The notes under the pieces: generated by a model | What the model was told of the DNA's origin: nothing | The model's input: the letters and a program-made list of their open reading frames with translations, nothing else | Databases searched by the model: none | IMG/VR virus record: IMGVR_UViG_3300045996_002189 | Coordinates: 1-56,344 of that record | Strand: one strand, 5' to 3' | Length of the DNA: 56,344 bases | DNA from: a virus | Taxonomy: Duplodnaviria > Caudoviricetes | Translations under genes and position numbers: made by a program | Part shown: positions 37,629-47,180 of the stretch, one piece after another | How positions within the stretch are numbered: position 1 is the stretch's first letter | Layout: each line of letters begins with the position of its first letter

Positions 37629-38096
37629 TCAGCGGAAGCCAGAGGACATCCCGTTCGAGAACCAGCGGGTGGGTGCTTGGGCTGGGGCGGTGTCCCCAGT
37701 GAGGATCAGAATGGGGAAGTTGCCGGTATTGGAAACGCAGAAGAGGGAGACGGCAGAATACTGGCCTGCTGTCGTGAAGATGTCCCCCTTGGACCTGACT
37801 GTTCCGTTATTGACGGCGACCGTCACAGCCCCAGCACCGAGCTGGGCAACCGTGATTTCCCAGCCTGCCGGGACGTTGCTCGGCACGGTGAGGGATACCG
37901 GCGTCGCGCTGTTGAAGGAAATTTTGCGGCGGTTGTCAGCCACGGCAGCGGTGTAGTCGGCGGTCTTCGCGAGAACATCCTGTGTGGTCAGGTCTTCGAG
38001 GGTATCCACAAGGTCGTGGAGATCCTGAACCGACACGCCCCCGGATGTCGTCCCGGACATGTTGGCTTTGAGTTCAGCGAAGGTGCGAATTGTCAC
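37629..38096 (-). CDS. Small fibre/adaptor protein, paralog of 43015..43437, with C-terminal FSNGMSSGF
   Basis: GTG start at 38096 with AGGAGG RBS; RTFAELKANM...DLHDLVDT; VP....GW...Q.GAG.VT...TAGQYS. Confidence 0.8.
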   Translation of the reverse strand: MTIRTFAELKANMSGTTSGGVSVQDLHDLVDTLEDLTTQDVLAKTADYTAAVADNRRKISFNSATPVSLTVPSNVPAGWEITVAQLGAGAVTVAVNNGTVRSKGDIFTTAGQYSAVSLFCVSNTGNFPILILTGDTAPAQAPTRWFSNGMSSGFR

Positions 38097-38110
38097 TAGA
38101 AAGCCTCCTG

Positions 38111-38290
38111 CTATCTTTGGCGCAAGTGGACCCCGTGCAGGAAGCCGAAGATGATGATGAGCAGGGCCGCGAGTATCATGCCGATCTGGACAGCGGTACG
38201 GTGACTGGGCTTGGACTGCAACAGAACCCCAGCCACCCACACGCTGATGCCGGTGATGACGATGACACAGATCAGCCGGGTTAGGGACAT
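38111..38290 (-). CDS. Small two-TM membrane protein
   Basis: 59 aa, below the ORF-track cutoff: MSLTRLICVIVITGISVWVAGVLLQSKPSHRTAVQIGMILAALLIIIFGFLHGVHLRQR. Confidence 0.6.
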   Translation of the reverse strand: MSLTRLICVIVITGISVWVAGVLLQSKPSHRTAVQIGMILAALLIIIFGFLHGVHLRQR

Positions 38291-38296
38291 GTGCCG

Positions 38297-38485
38297 TTAA
38301 TCAAAACGCACGGAGCCAAGATCCGTGATGCCGAAAACGGATACGACCACCCACAGGATCAGCAGGATGACGACGCCGACGTTAAGCACACGCCGGACTG
38401 TCGGCTCCATCGGCACGTAAGTATTGATCAGCCAGAGGACGACGCCGACAACTAAGCAAATAACAATGAATTCCACGATACCCAT
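38297..38485 (-). CDS. Small two-TM membrane protein (Thivi_2564-like)
   Basis: LVVGVVLWLINTYVPM...VRRVLN..VVI..ILW; AAGGAG RBS. Confidence 0.7.
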   Translation of the reverse strand: MGIVEFIVICLVVGVVLWLINTYVPMEPTVRRVLNVGVVILLILWVVVSVFGITDLGSVRFD

Positions 38486-38508
38486 GGTGATTCTCCTTGT
38501 GTGAGGAA

Positions 38509-38862
38509 TTAAGGCACAGTTGGCTTGATGAGAGCCCGGTTGATGGTGAAGGTGTCCGAGTAGGCAGTGGCAATATCTCCGTCCACGTCTTCAAGCTCCA
38601 ATTCGGCATAGAAAATGCCTGATAAATTTTCGGTGTCTTCCGGCTTGAGATTGACCGTGAGCAATCCGGCGAAGGGGTCCGTCACGTCGATATCGTCCAG
38701 GGACGACTTGGCGATTGACGGCGTGCTGGAGAACTTGTCGCCTTTCCAGCGGGAGCAGCGCCAGCGCACGGTTGCGCCTGTGATGTCGAGTGGCTGGCCG
38801 TCCGCGTTGAACAGGGAGAACCGCAACCTTTTGGTGTCCCCGGCAAACATTTCAAAACTCAT
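38509..38862 (-). CDS. BppU-N-like Ig-fold fibre adaptor
   Basis: GDT..L.F.L...DGQPLDITGATV; G...V.L.PEDT..L.G..Y.ELE; ATGA-coupled to the repeat fibre gene. Confidence 0.7.
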   Translation of the reverse strand: MSFEMFAGDTKRLRFSLFNADGQPLDITGATVRWRCSRWKGDKFSSTPSIAKSSLDDIDVTDPFAGLLTVNLKPEDTENLSGIFYAELELEDVDGDIATAYSDTFTINRALIKPTVP

Positions 38863-41800
38863 GCGACCGCTACCTTACCTTCAAGAGCGATGTCTTTGAC
38901 AACGCTGCCTGTTAATTCAATTTCGTAGACGACAGACCCGGTCAGGTCGATGAATGCACCGAGGTCTGTCGCTCCGAAGGGGATGAACCGCGCTGTCGCA
39001 CCCGTTGACATAAGATGCAGGGTGCTGACGGCGTCCGCCGGGAACTGCGGCCGGATGAAGTCCGCAGAAACTTCGGAAGTTATTCGGCCAAGGACGGAGG
39101 ATGCAGCACCGGGTCTGGCAGGGAAGCCACGTTCCGCGACAGCATTGGAGTTAACCGCCTGGAGCGACAGCACGACGTCGGCCGTAACCGGAAGCGGTTT
39201 GCGCTCGGCAACGGTGACCGTCGTGATGCGGGGAAGAACGGAAGCGGCATCCGCGAAGACGGGCGGGACAACCCGGACAGCCACGCCGCTGGTGGTGAGT
39301 TTCTTTGCAACGGATGCGGCGGCACCGGACCGATCCGGGATGGTCCGTGCTGCGGCAGCGGATGTTCCCAGTTTGGGAAGAATGGAGGAGACAGATCCCG
39401 CTGCACCGGGAAGCGTGTAGTTCGCGTTGGATGCTGTGGACAAACGTCCCAGCGTAGATGCCGACGCGCCGGACCGGTTCGGAATCGTTCGCGCCGAGGT
39501 CGATGCCGACGACAGTTTGCCGAGCGTCGATGTGGCGGATGCTGTTCTTGTCGGGATCGTGCGAGCGGCGGACGAACTCGTGTTGATCTTCGGCAGAACC
39601 GATGTGACCGACGAGGTGTTCTGCGGAATGGTCCGGCTGGCGACCGCAGCAGCGACGGGTGTGCCGAGAGTCGATGCTGCCGCGCCAGACCTGTTTGGAA
39701 TGGTACGCGCTGCCGAAGACGCTGTCTGGAGCTTCTGTGTTACCGAAGCCGCCGCTCCGGAGCGGGCAGGTGGCACCCTTTGCGCGGTGACTGCTGTGGT
39801 CGGGCTTCCTAATGTCGATGCCGCAGCACCGGAGCGGTTGGGAATGGTACGGACCGCCGTGGATGCGGTTGTCGGTTTCTGGAGAGTGGACGCGACACTT
39901 GACGTGTTGGCAGGAATCGTCCGCGCCGCTGCGGCAGTCGTCTGAAGAGCAGAGAGAGAGGATGCGACAGCAGCGGTTCTGGCCGGGATTGTCCTGGCAG
40001 CAGTAGCCGACGACGTCAGTTTCGGCGTAAGGGACGCCGCAGTTCCAGATCGCGCCGGTATCGTCCGTGCGGCTGCTGCGGAAGTCGTCGGCTTGGCGAG
40101 CGTTGAGGTTGCCGCTGCGGTGACGCCTGGAACGGTTCTGGCTGCCGCCGCTGTCGTGACGAGTGCCGGGAAAGTCGATGCGGTTGCTGCTTCCCACGGA
40201 CCGACGCCGCCCTGAAATTCGCGGCTCCACTCCGTGGAGAATTCGTCCCCCGTCGATCCCGGCTCGGTTCGAACAGCAGCGGAGGTGTGGATAAGTTTCT
40301 TGAACGTAGCGGCAGAAGATGCCGTCCGGTTGGGGATGGTTCGTGCCGCTGTCGCTGCTGTCTGGATCGCGGGAAGGGCTGAATCCGCAACCCCTGCCCG
40401 GCTCGGTATCGTCCGCGTCGCAGAGACCGCCGTGGTGGTCTTCGATAGAACAGAGGAAGCGGATGCGGTTCTATCCGGTATCGTCCGCGTAGCGGTCGCG
40501 GAAGTCGTTGTTTTAGGGAATGTGGATGCAGCAGCCCCAAGCCTGCCAGGAATAGCGGCGGCGGTAGTCGTCGCCGCCTGGAGGACAGATGCTGCGGCAC
40601 CGGAGCGGTTGGGAATGGTACGGGACGCAGACGCTGCCGTTGTCGGTTTAGTCAGCGCGGATGCGGCAATGCCCGAGCGGCTTGGAATTGTTCTGGCGGA
40701 TACCGCGCTGGTTTGAAGATTCCCAAATGTGGAAGCAGCCGCCCCCGACCTGTTCGGTATGGTCCTGGTGGCGGTTGCGGCGGTGGTGGCCTTGCCGAGA
40801 GTTGACGCAGCGGTGCCAGAGCGACTGGGGATTCCTGTCGTCGCGGAAGCGGCTGTCGTGGCCTTGCCAAGAACGGACGCCGCAGCACCAGAACGGTTCG
40901 GAATGGTGCGCGCTGCTGTTGCGCTGGATTGAGTTGCCCCAAGCGTTGAAGCCGCCGCACCGGAGCGGTTCGGGATGGTCCGCGCTGAAGTCGCAGCCGT
41001 TGTCGGTTTGCCAAGGGTCGAAGCAGCCGCACCCGAACGCGCCGGGATAGTGCGCGCCGCTGTTGCCGCCGTCGTAAGGCTGCCAATTGCCGAGGCGGCT
41101 GCACCAGAGCGGGCCGGGATAGAGCGCGAAGCCGTGGCGCTTGTCGTGGCGTTGCCAAGAACAGATGCTGCGGCACCGGATCGGTTTGGGATCGTCCGTG
41201 CTGAGGCTGCCGCTGTCGTCGGTTTGCTGAGTGTGGAAGCGGCTGCGCCCGTTCGGTTCGGGATTGTCCGGGTCGCCGATGCCGCCGTCGTCAGCGCGCC
41301 AAGCGTTGATGCTGCTGCGCCGGATCGGGACGGAGCAGCCCGAGACGCCGTAGCGGCAGTGGTGGCCTTGCCAAGAACGGTCGCCGCAGCACCAGACCGG
41401 GCAGGAATTGTCCGCGCCGCCGAAACGCTGGTGACGAGTTTTCCGAAAGTGGATGCTACAGCGCCAGACCGTTCAGAGGCTGGAAGCGTGCTGGCAAACG
41501 AGTTCGTGAATTCAGTCGTAAACTCGCGCTGCGTCGATACGATGTAGGTGGATGCGTGAGCACGTAGCTTGCCGAACGAGGAAGAGACTGCCGCGTTGAA
41601 GGCCGGGATGACCTTGAGCGCAACCATCGGCAGGGCGTATAGGCGGGCAGTGCCGCTGGCGCCGTAGGTGTAGGAGGTGGCCGACGTGACGTACCGATAA
41701 CCGCCGGAAACTGTAATGTTGGTGTTGGCGGTGCCGCCCGTCGTCCCCGAGCGCGTTGCTGCAGTATAGTTGGCGTCGTTGGTGAAGGTGTCGCCACTCG

Positions 41801-42275
41801 GGCCTTCGGTGCCGAGCGCCGCGAAGATCAGCGTCTCGGCGGCAACCGTCGTTATCGAGCCGTTCCAGGTGCCTGACGACGCGCCGTTGGTCGTACTGGT
41901 AGCGTCCACGATTGACGGCGTTGCCGCATTGTACAGGCCGGAGACAGCGACAATTGTTATGGCGCGGGAAGTCAGGGTCGAGTGAGTGACCGTAATAATA
42001 TCGCCAGACGTAAGCGCCTGGGTAACGGGGGCCGTCAGGATGGCAGTGCGAACACCCGATGTCCCTGTACCCTGAACCGCCGTAACTTGCTGGGTGTAGG
42101 TATTCTTGGTGTCGCCGGCAGTTACCGTACCCCCCTGCGTCGCGTCGAACGCGGCCAGGATCACAATGGTTGAATTAACATCAACGGACTGACCCGCCGT
42201 CAGGGTATAGGCAATCGATGTCCCAGATGTTTTACTCTGGTTCGAGCCTAAATTGACGACGGTGGGATCGGCCAT
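38859..42275 (-). CDS. Long Ala/Thr/Ser-rich fibre protein with ~34 tandem 24-aa repeats
   Basis: Start MADPTV at 42275; ~220-aa beta-rich N-domain, then repeats of xRSGAAASTLGKxTTAATAARTIP. Confidence 0.8.
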   Translation of the reverse strand: MADPTVVNLGSNQSKTSGTSIAYTLTAGQSVDVNSTIVILAAFDATQGGTVTAGDTKNTYTQQVTAVQGTGTSGVRTAILTAPVTQALTSGDIITVTHSTLTSRAITIVAVSGLYNAATPSIVDATSTTNGASSGTWNGSITTVAAETLIFAALGTEGPSGDTFTNDANYTAATRSGTTGGTANTNITVSGGYRYVTSATSYTYGASGTARLYALPMVALKVIPAFNAAVSSSFGKLRAHASTYIVSTQREFTTEFTNSFASTLPASERSGAVASTFGKLVTSVSAARTIPARSGAAATVLGKATTAATASRAAPSRSGAAASTLGALTTAASATRTIPNRTGAAASTLSKPTTAAASARTIPNRSGAAASVLGNATTSATASRSIPARSGAAASAIGSLTTAATAARTIPARSGAAASTLGKPTTAATSARTIPNRSGAAASTLGATQSSATAARTIPNRSGAAASVLGKATTAASATTGIPSRSGTAASTLGKATTAATATRTIPNRSGAAASTFGNLQTSAVSARTIPSRSGIAASALTKPTTAASASRTIPNRSGAAASVLQAATTTAAAIPGRLGAAASTFPKTTTSATATRTIPDRTASASSVLSKTTTAVSATRTIPSRAGVADSALPAIQTAATAARTIPNRTASSAATFKKLIHTSAAVRTEPGSTGDEFSTEWSREFQGGVGPWEAATASTFPALVTTAAAARTVPGVTAAATSTLAKPTTSAAAARTIPARSGTAASLTPKLTSSATAARTIPARTAAVASSLSALQTTAAAARTIPANTSSVASTLQKPTTASTAVRTIPNRSGAAASTLGSPTTAVTAQRVPPARSGAAASVTQKLQTASSAARTIPNRSGAAASTLGTPVAAAVASRTIPQNTSSVTSVLPKINTSSSAARTIPTRTASATSTLGKLSSASTSARTIPNRSGASASTLGRLSTASNANYTLPGAAGSVSSILPKLGTSAAAARTIPDRSGAAASVAKKLTTSGVAVRVVPPVFADAASVLPRITTVTVAERKPLPVTADVVLSLQAVNSNAVAERGFPARPGAASSVLGRITSEVSADFIRPQFPADAVSTLHLMSTGATARFIPFGATDLGAFIDLTGSVVYEIELTGSVVKDIALEGKVAVA
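38990..41600 (-). repeat. Degenerate 72-bp coding tandem repeat (~34 units)
   Basis: Counted from the translation; one unit is 21 aa; two inserts carry EF[TS]TE[FW] motifs. Confidence 0.9.
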
Positions 42276-42277
42276 GA

Positions 42278-43018
42278 TCAGGTAACCGTCGTCAGGGTGG
42301 CGATGTCGGTATTGGAAATGCGCACGTTGTAGAGACGAACCCGGCGTATCCAACCACTGAAAGGCTGATCAAGGTTGATACGCTTTCCAAGCCGAACCAG
42401 TGTTGCCGACAGCGGCACAGTTACCGACGCGCTGGTGCCGGTGTAAGCGGTGCCATTCGCGTTGCCGTTGCCGTAGGTAGCGCCATTAGCGGCGGCGTAG
42501 GCCAGGGCCACCCTCTGAACAGCATTTGCCGCCCCACCAGTGGTTCCGACAGAGTAATTGGTTGACCCTGCTGGCCTATACTGGCTGCGCGCGTTTATCG
42601 CGGAGTCCATGTAGAATGCCATGAATCTCTCGGTGCCATCTGAGATACCGTTGTCCACGGAAATAAACCGCTGAAATGTGGCGGTTGAAGCGTTCGTCAT
42701 GAAGTCAACGACGAGGGTGCCCGCCGAGGTCGAGAAGGTTGTTCCGGCCAGGGTTGTAACCGCCATCTCATCCTGTCCACCGAACAACAGGCCGAGCGGC
42801 GCGTGCGTGGTCGGGTGGTAGTCGAAACGCGGCGTGTTGGCCCCTACCGTCTGAGTTGCCCCGGCGACATCGGTATAGCTGCCGCCGGACGTGCCCGTGA
42901 AAGTCCACTCGGCGGGCAGCGAGGACATGGCCGTGAAGTCGTAGTCCATGACGAGTGTCGGATCAGAGACGACCGCAGTCCGCCGCCGTCCGGCAGCCGC
43001 CAGCATGACCGGGATCAT
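42278..43018 (-). CDS. Spike-fibre/LamG-like adhesin
   Basis: Start MIPV at 43018 (ATGA overlap); DYDF....LP....FT......TD..G......NTPRFDY.P.T..PLGLL; G.IRRVR.YN. Confidence 0.75.
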   Translation of the reverse strand: MIPVMLAAAGRRRTAVVSDPTLVMDYDFTAMSSLPAEWTFTGTSGGSYTDVAGATQTVGANTPRFDYHPTTHAPLGLLFGGQDEMAVTTLAGTTFSTSAGTLVVDFMTNASTATFQRFISVDNGISDGTERFMAFYMDSAINARSQYRPAGSTNYSVGTTGGAANAVQRVALAYAAANGATYGNGNANGTAYTGTSASVTVPLSATLVRLGKRINLDQPFSGWIRRVRLYNVRISNTDIATLTTVT

Positions 43019-43437
43019 GCTCCGGTGTCTCCGCCGAGATAGACTTGCGGTGCCGTTCCCGCATTGGACACGACGACCACGTAGCAGATAGCGTACTGGC
43101 CTGCCGTCTTGGTGTGCGCTGCCCGACAGAACAGCGCCCCGGTGCCGCCAACGGCGATGGTGACCTGCCCCGCTCCCATCTGGATAACGCCGCATTCCCA
43201 GCCTGTCGGCGCATCGCTGGGAACCGTGAAGGTCACGCCTGACGCCGCGTTGAAGACGATCTTGCGACGGTTATCGGTGGTGGCGACGGCGGTATAGTTT
43301 GCCGTCTTCGTGGACAAGTCCTGAGTAGTGCGGTCTTCGTAGGTATCGACAATGTCGTGGATATCGAGCACATCGATGGCGTTGATGATCCCCGACGGCA
43401 TGTTGGTCTTGAGTTCCGCAGGCGTTCTAACCGTCAT
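43015..43437 (-). CDS. Small fibre/adaptor protein
   Basis: MTVRTPAELKTNMPSG...DIHDIVDT; KTANYT; VP.DAP.GW...QMGAGQVTI. Confidence 0.8.
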   Translation of the reverse strand: MTVRTPAELKTNMPSGIINAIDVLDIHDIVDTYEDRTTQDLSTKTANYTAVATTDNRRKIVFNAASGVTFTVPSDAPTGWECGVIQMGAGQVTIAVGGTGALFCRAAHTKTAGQYAICYVVVVSNAGTAPQVYLGGDTGA

Positions 43438-43452
43438 CGGGAATGCTCCAAT

Positions 43453-43480
43453 AAGAAAGGGGTCGCCCGAAGACGCCCCC
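43453..43480 (-). terminator. Terminator-like hairpin after phytase 2
   Basis: Minus strand GGGGGCGTC-TTCG-GGCGACCCC followed by TTTCTT. Confidence 0.6.
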
Positions 43481-43495
43481 GTTCAGTCTTAGCCG

Positions 43496-45295
43496 TTAGG
43501 CGACCGTGTAGCCGAGATAGACGTGTGCCTGATTGATTCCGGCATCGACCTGGACGCCGACGATATCAAGCATCTCAACGGCAGCACCGGGACCAGCAGA
43601 ACCGTCCTTGTCCCAGAGCAGGGCGGCTGTGCTGGAATCCTTGTTAACCAGCTTCAGAACCCCGTTCAGCCAAGGGTCGGAGGACGGAGCAAAGCTATTG
43701 GCTCGCAAGTCGGAGGCATCGATCAGGTCGAAACCCCAGGCGAAGTCCAGCACATGAGAATTCCCCGGTGCCGTTGCCTTGATGCGAAAGATGTCGTTGC
43801 CATCCCCGCCCGTCATGGTGATAGAGTGACCGGCGGCTACGATAATATCCTTCCCGGTATCACCATTGACGACCAGCGTGTGCTCACTGGAACCGCTATC
43901 GCGGATGATATTGTCATCGGCGTTACCGATGATGTCGTGGAATCCGGTGTCCTCGATGGTCAGGTGCTCGACATTGGCAGGCATCCTGTAGTCGATGGCG
44001 CTGCTTCTCAGGATGACGGTGTCCTGCCCGCCCTTGTCGGTTACGACATCGCCTGGATTGTCCACGACGTACACGTCGCCGCCGGTCAGACCGGACATGG
44101 CATCCGCGCCTCCGCCACCGTCCAGGCGATCCGATCCGGTGGTGCCTGTCAGGGTGTCGTTGCCGGACGTGCCGGTGAAGGTTCGGGTGGTGGCTGGAGT
44201 ATCAGCGATGGTGAAGAAAGGTGGCGGCGGCGGTGCGTTCGATGGCAGCGGCTCGACCGGCCCGGTGGCCCCAGTCTCGGTCCTCGGGTCGTAGCTGGTG
44301 CTAGTCTGAAGCCCGCCGAGTGAAGCGACAGAGGACCACGGCACCAGCTTGAAGTTGCTGGCATCATCGCCACTGTTTGAGTTGTCGTGAACGATGAACG
44401 CACCGCTGGTGAACTTGCCGCCAAGGTTGACGTTGGTCACATCCAAACCGTCGGTTTGACTCACACCGTCAATGCCGCCAGCAGACACGACCCCAAACTC
44501 GCCCAGATAGGCGTTCGAGTTGCGATCATAGACAGCATATTTGCTTTCGCCCTGGCTAGACGCGATCAGGTAGCCGTTGCCGTCCGCGCCGTAGTAGATT
44601 GTCAGTCCTTCGATATCGGCCACGAGATGCCCGGCGGAGCCAACCTGATCGACTATCGTGTGGGCGGTGCCGCTGGTCGGGTCGGTGCGGTACTTCTCGA
44701 TCTGCCCCGTCTCTTCGGCGGCGTAGAAGTAGCCTTTCTGGTCGTCAACGACCATGCCTTCGATCTGGCCTGAGAAGTTCAGCGTGCGGACGAGGGTGCC
44801 GGTAACGCTACCGCTGGAGCCGTCAAGTTCGAACTGCTTGACCTGGGTGCCGTTATCGGCGCTCACGAATGCGTAGGTCTTGCCGTTCAACTGACCCATC
44901 GTGAATCCGTAAGGCTCGTCCGCATAGCCGGTGTCGATGGTGCCAACTGAAGTCATTTCATCGGCAGTATCGTTGAAGTCATACGTCCAAAAATGGATAT
45001 CCCCGCTCTCCCTGCCCGACGCACCGATGATGGCTGTCGGCGTGGAGCCAAGGCCGAAATTGTAGGACACATCGACGTTATTGAAGGCGCTCCCGATATC
45101 TTCGCTTTCAACGCGGTTACCGGCGAAGTCGTATACGTCGATACGACCGTCCGTATAGCTCTTGTTGGTCCCGACGATCACGCTCTTGGACGTATCGGTC
45201 GGGTGGAGCAGGATGGCCGGATCGTCCATGAAGTCGCCGGTAGCGATGGCGTTCACGGTTTCGACAACGGGAGATACTGAGCCGGGGAAAGCCAT
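43496..45295 (-). CDS. Beta-propeller phytase with C-terminal RTX-like Ca-binding/T1SS-type domain (copy 2)
   Basis: DDPAI, GTNK, NNVD, EPYG, QIEG, AEE, ADIEG, YLIASSQG, TDGLDV, HD, NFK; then GTSGNDTLTG, GGGGADAM, GGDGNDIF, DFAWGFDLID; no signal peptide. Confidence 0.9.
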   Translation of the reverse strand: MAFPGSVSPVVETVNAIATGDFMDDPAILLHPTDTSKSVIVGTNKSYTDGRIDVYDFAGNRVESEDIGSAFNNVDVSYNFGLGSTPTAIIGASGRESGDIHFWTYDFNDTADEMTSVGTIDTGYADEPYGFTMGQLNGKTYAFVSADNGTQVKQFELDGSSGSVTGTLVRTLNFSGQIEGMVVDDQKGYFYAAEETGQIEKYRTDPTSGTAHTIVDQVGSAGHLVADIEGLTIYYGADGNGYLIASSQGESKYAVYDRNSNAYLGEFGVVSAGGIDGVSQTDGLDVTNVNLGGKFTSGAFIVHDNSNSGDDASNFKLVPWSSVASLGGLQTSTSYDPRTETGATGPVEPLPSNAPPPPPFFTIADTPATTRTFTGTSGNDTLTGTTGSDRLDGGGGADAMSGLTGGDVYVVDNPGDVVTDKGGQDTVILRSSAIDYRMPANVEHLTIEDTGFHDIIGNADDNIIRDSGSSEHTLVVNGDTGKDIIVAAGHSITMTGGDGNDIFRIKATAPGNSHVLDFAWGFDLIDASDLRANSFAPSSDPWLNGVLKLVNKDSSTAALLWDKDGSAGPGAAVEMLDIVGVQVDAGINQAHVYLGYTVA

Positions 45296-45331
45296 GTTGC
45301 TCACACGCTAAATGTTTAAAAGATCAGGAAT

Positions 45332-45368
45332 AGAAGAAGGGAGAGCCGCCCGAAGGCAGCCCTCCCCC
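45332..45368 (-). terminator. Terminator-like hairpin after phytase 1
   Basis: Minus strand GGGAGGGCTGCC-TTCG-GGCGGCTCTCCC followed by TTCTTCT. Confidence 0.65.
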
Positions 45369-45386
45369 TGTGTCAGTAATTCAGTC

Positions 45387-47180
45387 TCAGAGGCCGGTGT
45401 AGATATGCGCGTTGTTGATGCCCGCGTCGATCTGGACGCCGAGGATCGTAACCACTTCGACCGCAGCAACCGTGCTGTTGGCCGAGCCGTCCTGGTCCCA
45501 CATCAGTTTGACATCCGAACCGGAGTCCACCAGCGACAGCACGCCGTTGGCGAACGGGTCGGATGTCGGAGCGTAACTGCCTGCCACCAGCGGGGAAGCG
45601 TCGATCAGGTCGTCGCCCCAGGTGAAGTCAGAGATGGTGTTGCCTGCGCCAGTCGCCGCGTTGGTGGAGTAGCGGAAAATATCGTTATCGGCCCCGCCCG
45701 TCGCGGCCACGTCACGGGTACCAACGCGGATATTGTCGTCGCCGGTCATGCCCAAGAAGGTCATCGTGCCGGATGAGGTTCCGCTGGCCGACATGATGTT
45801 GTTGTCAGCATTACCCGTCACCGTGCGGTTGGTGCTGCCCTGGACGACGACATGCTCCATGTTGGACGACATGGTGTAGTTGCCGGTGTACCAGAGTTCG
45901 ACCGTATCCTGCCCGCCCGTATCGCTGGCAATGGTGTCGCCTGCCTCGGAGATGACGTACTGATCGTCGCCGGTCGATCCGTTGTAGGTGTCAGAACCGG
46001 CCAACCCGTTGAAATATTCCGGCGCACTGGTGCCGGTCAGGGTGTCGTTTGCGGACGTGCCAGTGTAGGTGATGGTCGCGGCATCGGTCGTGTTGATCGT
46101 GAAGAACGCAGGTGCGGCCGGGGCCGTGACCGGCAGGGCTGCGCGCGGGTCGTAGCTTGAGGCGTCGAGGGTAAGGCCGCCGAGGTTGGCGATCTCGTCA
46201 AACTCGATTAGCTTGAAGTTGCTGCTGTCGTTGCTGGTGTTCTCACCGTCATGGGCGACGAACAGTCCTTCATCGAACGCAGCCGTGCCCAGGTTGACGT
46301 TGGTTACGTCAAGTCCATCGGTCTTGGTCACGGCATCGATGGTGCTGCCATTCCCGGACAGGCTGAACTTGCCGAGATAGGTATTGGACCCCTGGAGTTC
46401 GTAGACGGCATACTTGCTCTCGAACTGCGACGAGGCGATCAGATAGCCCGTACCGTTATCGCCGTAATAGATCGACATGCCTTCCACGTCGGCGGTGAGA
46501 TTGCCGCCGGAGACGGTATCGACCGTCGTGTAAGTGCTGCCGGACGCGGGATCGGTGCCGTACTTGTAGATACCGTAGTCTTCTTCGGCGATGTAGAGGT
46601 CGCCGTTGACATCGTCAATAACGATGCCTTCAACCTGAGTGCTGTTGGGAACGGTAATGGTGCGGACCAGGGTGCCGGAAACGACGCCGGCAGACTCCGT
46701 CAATTCCCACTGCTTGACCGTGCTGCCGTTGTCTTCCGACGCAAAGGCGTAGAACTTCTCGCCCGTCGAGGTGGCGAGACGGCCCATCGCGAAGCCATAC
46801 GGCTCATTGGTGAAGCCGGTCGAGATCGAGCCGACCGATTCCATCTCGTCGCTCGTGGCGGCAAAATCGTAGGTGAAGAAGTCGATGGTGCCCGCTTCGC
46901 GATTGGTGGCACCAATCACGTTATCCAGCGAGCCGAGGTTGTAGCGCAGATCGACGTTGTTGAATGCGGTGCCGCTGTCCTCGGTATCGGTCAGGGTGGG
47001 GGAGGTGGAGATGTCGTAGGCGTAGAGACCGCCGTTGGTGTAGTCCTTGTTGGAGGTCACGAGCACGCTGCTGGCCGGTGTGGTCGGGTGGATCAGAATG
47101 GCCGGATCGTCGGAAAAGTCTCCGGTACCGGGGACATCGGGGGTCTGAGCGTCAGCGGTAACTGAACCGGGGAAGGCCAT
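45387..47180 (-). CDS. Beta-propeller phytase with C-terminal RTX-like Ca-binding/T1SS-type domain (copy 1)
   Basis: DDPAILIHP, SNK, NNVDLRY, TNRE, EPYG, QVEG, AEED, ADVEG, YLIASSQ, TDGLDV, AHDG.N, NFK; then GTSANDTLTG, GGADNDIF, DFTWGDDLID. Confidence 0.9.
   Translation of the reverse strand: MAFPGSVTADAQTPDVPGTGDFSDDPAILIHPTTPASSVLVTSNKDYTNGGLYAYDISTSPTLTDTEDSGTAFNNVDLRYNLGSLDNVIGATNREAGTIDFFTYDFAATSDEMESVGSISTGFTNEPYGFAMGRLATSTGEKFYAFASEDNGSTVKQWELTESAGVVSGTLVRTITVPNSTQVEGIVIDDVNGDLYIAEEDYGIYKYGTDPASGSTYTTVDTVSGGNLTADVEGMSIYYGDNGTGYLIASSQFESKYAVYELQGSNTYLGKFSLSGNGSTIDAVTKTDGLDVTNVNLGTAAFDEGLFVAHDGENTSNDSSNFKLIEFDEIANLGGLTLDASSYDPRAALPVTAPAAPAFFTINTTDAATITYTGTSANDTLTGTSAPEYFNGLAGSDTYNGSTGDDQYVISEAGDTIASDTGGQDTVELWYTGNYTMSSNMEHVVVQGSTNRTVTGNADNNIMSASGTSSGTMTFLGMTGDDNIRVGTRDVAATGGADNDIFRYSTNAATGAGNTISDFTWGDDLIDASPLVAGSYAPTSDPFANGVLSLVDSGSDVKLMWDQDGSANSTVAAVEVVTILGVQIDAGINNAHIYTGL

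Noticed and set aside
38990-41600. 72-bp periodicity resembling a CRISPR array
   Set aside because: Units are degenerate at synonymous positions and lie in one open frame; there is no invariant repeat with unique spacers and no cas genes.
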